This document shows positions 56,997 to 59,248 of a stretch of 59,248 nucleotides of DNA, one piece after another. This DNA comes from Eubacteriales bacterium. GTDB lineage: Bacteria; Bacillota; Clostridia; Oscillospirales; CAG-272. Each line of letters starts with the position of its first letter. Within the stretch, counting starts at the first letter, position 1. The notes beneath the pieces are model-generated. The model was given only the letters and a program-made list of their open reading frames with translations. It ran no database searches and was not told where the DNA came from. A program made the position numbers and the translations under genes. Where the stretch lies: positions 1-59,248 of the forward strand of contig JAZSET010000084.1 of NCBI GenBank assembly GCA_045531795.1, written 5' to 3'.

Positions 56997-58541
56997 GTGA
57001 GCACAGAAGCAAAAAGCACGGGACTAATGAAAAGTGCAGTGTTTATGGTTATAGCTACAGTTATGGCCAAAGCACTGGGACTTCTCAGAGATATGCTTAT
57101 TGCCGCAAGCTATGGTACAACTGTAGAAGCCGTAGCCTATGATGCAGCCTCCAGACTGCCCGTTTTGCTGTTTGACTTTGTAATCGGAGGAGTTGTAACT
57201 GCGGCTTTTATACCGATATTTAATGAACTTCTTGTAAAAAAAGGCAAGGAAGAAGCCTTTAAGTTTGCCGATAGTTATGTAACGCTTATTCTTGTTATAA
57301 CTCTGGTTATTGCAATAATCGGTGTGGCTTTTGCGTCTTTCCTCGTTGATTTTCTCATACCCGATGCGCCGGACACCGCAAAGACTATGGCAGTGGATCT
57401 GACCCGCCTTATGTTCCCGATGATAATATTTACGGGACTTGCTTTTGCATTTGTCGGAATTCTGCTTTCGCTCGGAGAATTCAGAATTCCTGCGATTATC
57501 AGCCTTGTTTCAAATGGGGTTATGGTACTATACCTGTTTTCTGTAAACCGGGTATTCGGCATTGTCGGGCTTTCGCTTTCAATGGTAATCGGCTGGATTT
57601 TGCAGGCATTTGTACAAATACCAAGGCTTAATTCTCTCGGCTATAAGTATCGTTTTAGATTTGACTTTGGTTCAAGTTACATAAAACAAGCGGCAAAGGG
57701 CGCTTTGCCGATACTGCTTGGCACGTGGACGGGACCGGTGTGCTCGCTTATAAACACGAGGTTTGCTTCTGCAATCGAGGAGGGCCGTGCCGTTACCGCA
57801 CTTGGGTATGCCAACAGATTTTACACCATAATAATCGGTGTTTTTTCATATGTTGCAACAAACTTGCTTTTCCCTTATATCTCCAAGGCATCTGCAAGCG
57901 GTGAAAAAAAGGAAGCAAACAAGCTTATGCTTTCCTCAATAAGAATTCTGATATTGATAATAATGCCTATTTCGGTTGGCCTTATAGTACTGGCAAGACC
58001 GCTTGTGTCACTTATTTACGAGCGCGGCGAGTTCAACGCGTCCGATGTTCTGATGACAGCCGAAGCACTTGGTTTCTACACCGTGGGAATGGTGTTTGCT
58101 GCAGCAAACGAGGTTCTGACAAAGGCATTTTTTGCCCGCAAGGAATATAAGGTCCCGATGTACTCTTCCATTTGCGCGATGGCGGTAAACTTTATTCTCG
58201 TTTTCCCTCTTGCGAAATATATGGGAGTTGGCGGAATTGCACTGTCATCGGGTATTGCGGTGCTTGTGGGATGCGTTTTCAACTATTTTGTGCTTCTTGG
58301 GAAAGACAAGGTGTTGTTTACGGGTAAAGATGCTTATGACATAGTAAAAATGGCGGTAGCTTCAGTTATTATGGGAGTGTCGGTTTATTTTACTGCGACC
58401 TTCTTTGACTCTTCGGTGTTAAAGCTTTTACTCGGCACAGCAGTTGGAATTGTTGTATATTTTGTCCTATGTCTTGTTTTAAGAGTACACGAAGTAAGAT
58501 TTTTAGCAGATAAAGCAAAAGGATTTGTTTCTCACAAATAG
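56997..58541 (+). CDS. murJ: Lipid II flippase MurJ (MviN)
   Basis: AKALGLLRDMLIAASYG, RLPVLLF, AFIPIF, LGYANR, FFARKEYKVP; about 14 TM segments. Confidence 0.93.
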   Translation: MSTEAKSTGLMKSAVFMVIATVMAKALGLLRDMLIAASYGTTVEAVAYDAASRLPVLLFDFVIGGVVTAAFIPIFNELLVKKGKEEAFKFADSYVTLILVITLVIAIIGVAFASFLVDFLIPDAPDTAKTMAVDLTRLMFPMIIFTGLAFAFVGILLSLGEFRIPAIISLVSNGVMVLYLFSVNRVFGIVGLSLSMVIGWILQAFVQIPRLNSLGYKYRFRFDFGSSYIKQAAKGALPILLGTWTGPVCSLINTRFASAIEEGRAVTALGYANRFYTIIIGVFSYVATNLLFPYISKASASGEKKEANKLMLSSIRILILIIMPISVGLIVLARPLVSLIYERGEFNASDVLMTAEALGFYTVGMVFAAANEVLTKAFFARKEYKVPMYSSICAMAVNFILVFPLAKYMGVGGIALSSGIAVLVGCVFNYFVLLGKDKVLFTGKDAYDIVKMAVASVIMGVSVYFTATFFDSSVLKLLLGTAVGIVVYFVLCLVLRVHEVRFLADKAKGFVSHK

Positions 58542-58562
58542 TAAAACACAGGGGTTTTTGTT

Positions 58563-59248
58563 ATGATAAAGGTACTAAACGTAATAACAGACACGAATAT
58601 TGGTGGTGCTGGCAGAATTCTTGTACACTATCTCAAGAATTTTGACCGCACTCGTTTTGATGTTTATGTAGCTGTTCCGGAGGGAAGCTTGCTTATAAAC
58701 GAAATAAAAGCGGCGGGATATGAGGTTATTACAACAAAATACGGCAAGGACAAGTCATTCGAACTGCCGGCAGTATGTGAGCTTTACAGGATAACAAAAG
58801 AGGTAAAGCCCGATATTGTTCACACTCATTCATCATTGAGTGCAAAACTCGCAGCATATTTTGCAGGGGTGAAGTCTAGGATTTATACCCGTCACTGTGC
58901 GTACGACCTGCCCGAATCCGCAAAACGCTTTCCCAAAAAGCAGATAAGCGGTTTTGTAAATAATACATTGTCAACAGCTATTGTTGCGGTTGCTCCTGCG
59001 GCGGCAGAAAACCTCACAGATACGGGCGTTGATCCTGAAAAAATCACAGTTATAATGAACGGAGTCGAAAAGCTTTGTGTTATTTCTGATGAAGAAAAAC
59101 TCAGACTAAAAAAAGAGCTCGGATTTGAAGAAAATGATTTCATTTGCACAATGTCAGCAAGACTTGAGGACGTTAAGGGACACGACTATTTTATAAAAGC
59201 GGCAAAAACCGTAAGTGAAAAGCATAAAAATGTAAAGTACCTGATTGT
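58563..59248 (+). CDS. Glycosyltransferase family 4 (partial, runs off the window end)
   Basis: Hand translation MIKVLNVITDTNIGGAGR..PDIVHTH..IMNGVE..ARLEDVKGHDYFIKAA; no stop codon before 59248. Confidence 0.88.
   Translation, partial: MIKVLNVITDTNIGGAGRILVHYLKNFDRTRFDVYVAVPEGSLLINEIKAAGYEVITTKYGKDKSFELPAVCELYRITKEVKPDIVHTHSSLSAKLAAYFAGVKSRIYTRHCAYDLPESAKRFPKKQISGFVNNTLSTAIVAVAPAAAENLTDTGVDPEKITVIMNGVEKLCVISDEEKLRLKKELGFEENDFICTMSARLEDVKGHDYFIKAAKTVSEKHKNVKYLI

Noticed and set aside
1-59248. rRNA, tRNA, transposase, integrase, prophage or defence-system genes
   Set aside because: None recognised. Intergenic gaps are short and explained by promoters and terminators, except 24.9-25.5 kb.

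Overview
Chromosomal, mostly housekeeping window from a low-GC, spore-forming Clostridia-class bacterium. It begins at the replication origin: oriC, dnaA (-), then rpmH-rnpA-yidD-yidC-jag-mnmE (+). It continues with spoVG, murC-yqeG-nfo-like-efp, rpmE-hflX-yigZ-dgt-dnaG-rpoD, spoIIGA-sigE, alaS, rny, a dut-maf-nth-cinA-galK-walJ-like-rlmH-thiI cluster, a U32-HAD-murI-recG-rarA-DUF1015 cluster, a Lrp-metQ-metN-metI locus, two tandem ~1000-aa secreted S8 proteases followed by a small alarmone synthetase, spoIIR, murJ and a truncated GT4. No rRNA, tRNA, CRISPR array, prophage or transposase gene was seen. The most notable signals are: (1) a circularly permuted MetQ lipoprotein; (2) an origin unwinding module (DnaA-trios plus tandem boxes) whose boxes read TTTTCAACA/TTATCAACA instead of TTATCCACA, alongside substitutions at DNA-contacting residues of DnaA domain IV; (3) a ~590-bp non-coding element bounded by long, internally palindromic inverted repeats; (4) an S8 protease pair, one with a degenerate catalytic-Ser motif, coupled to a (p)ppGpp synthetase. 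All calls come from motif recognition by eye; no database searches were run.
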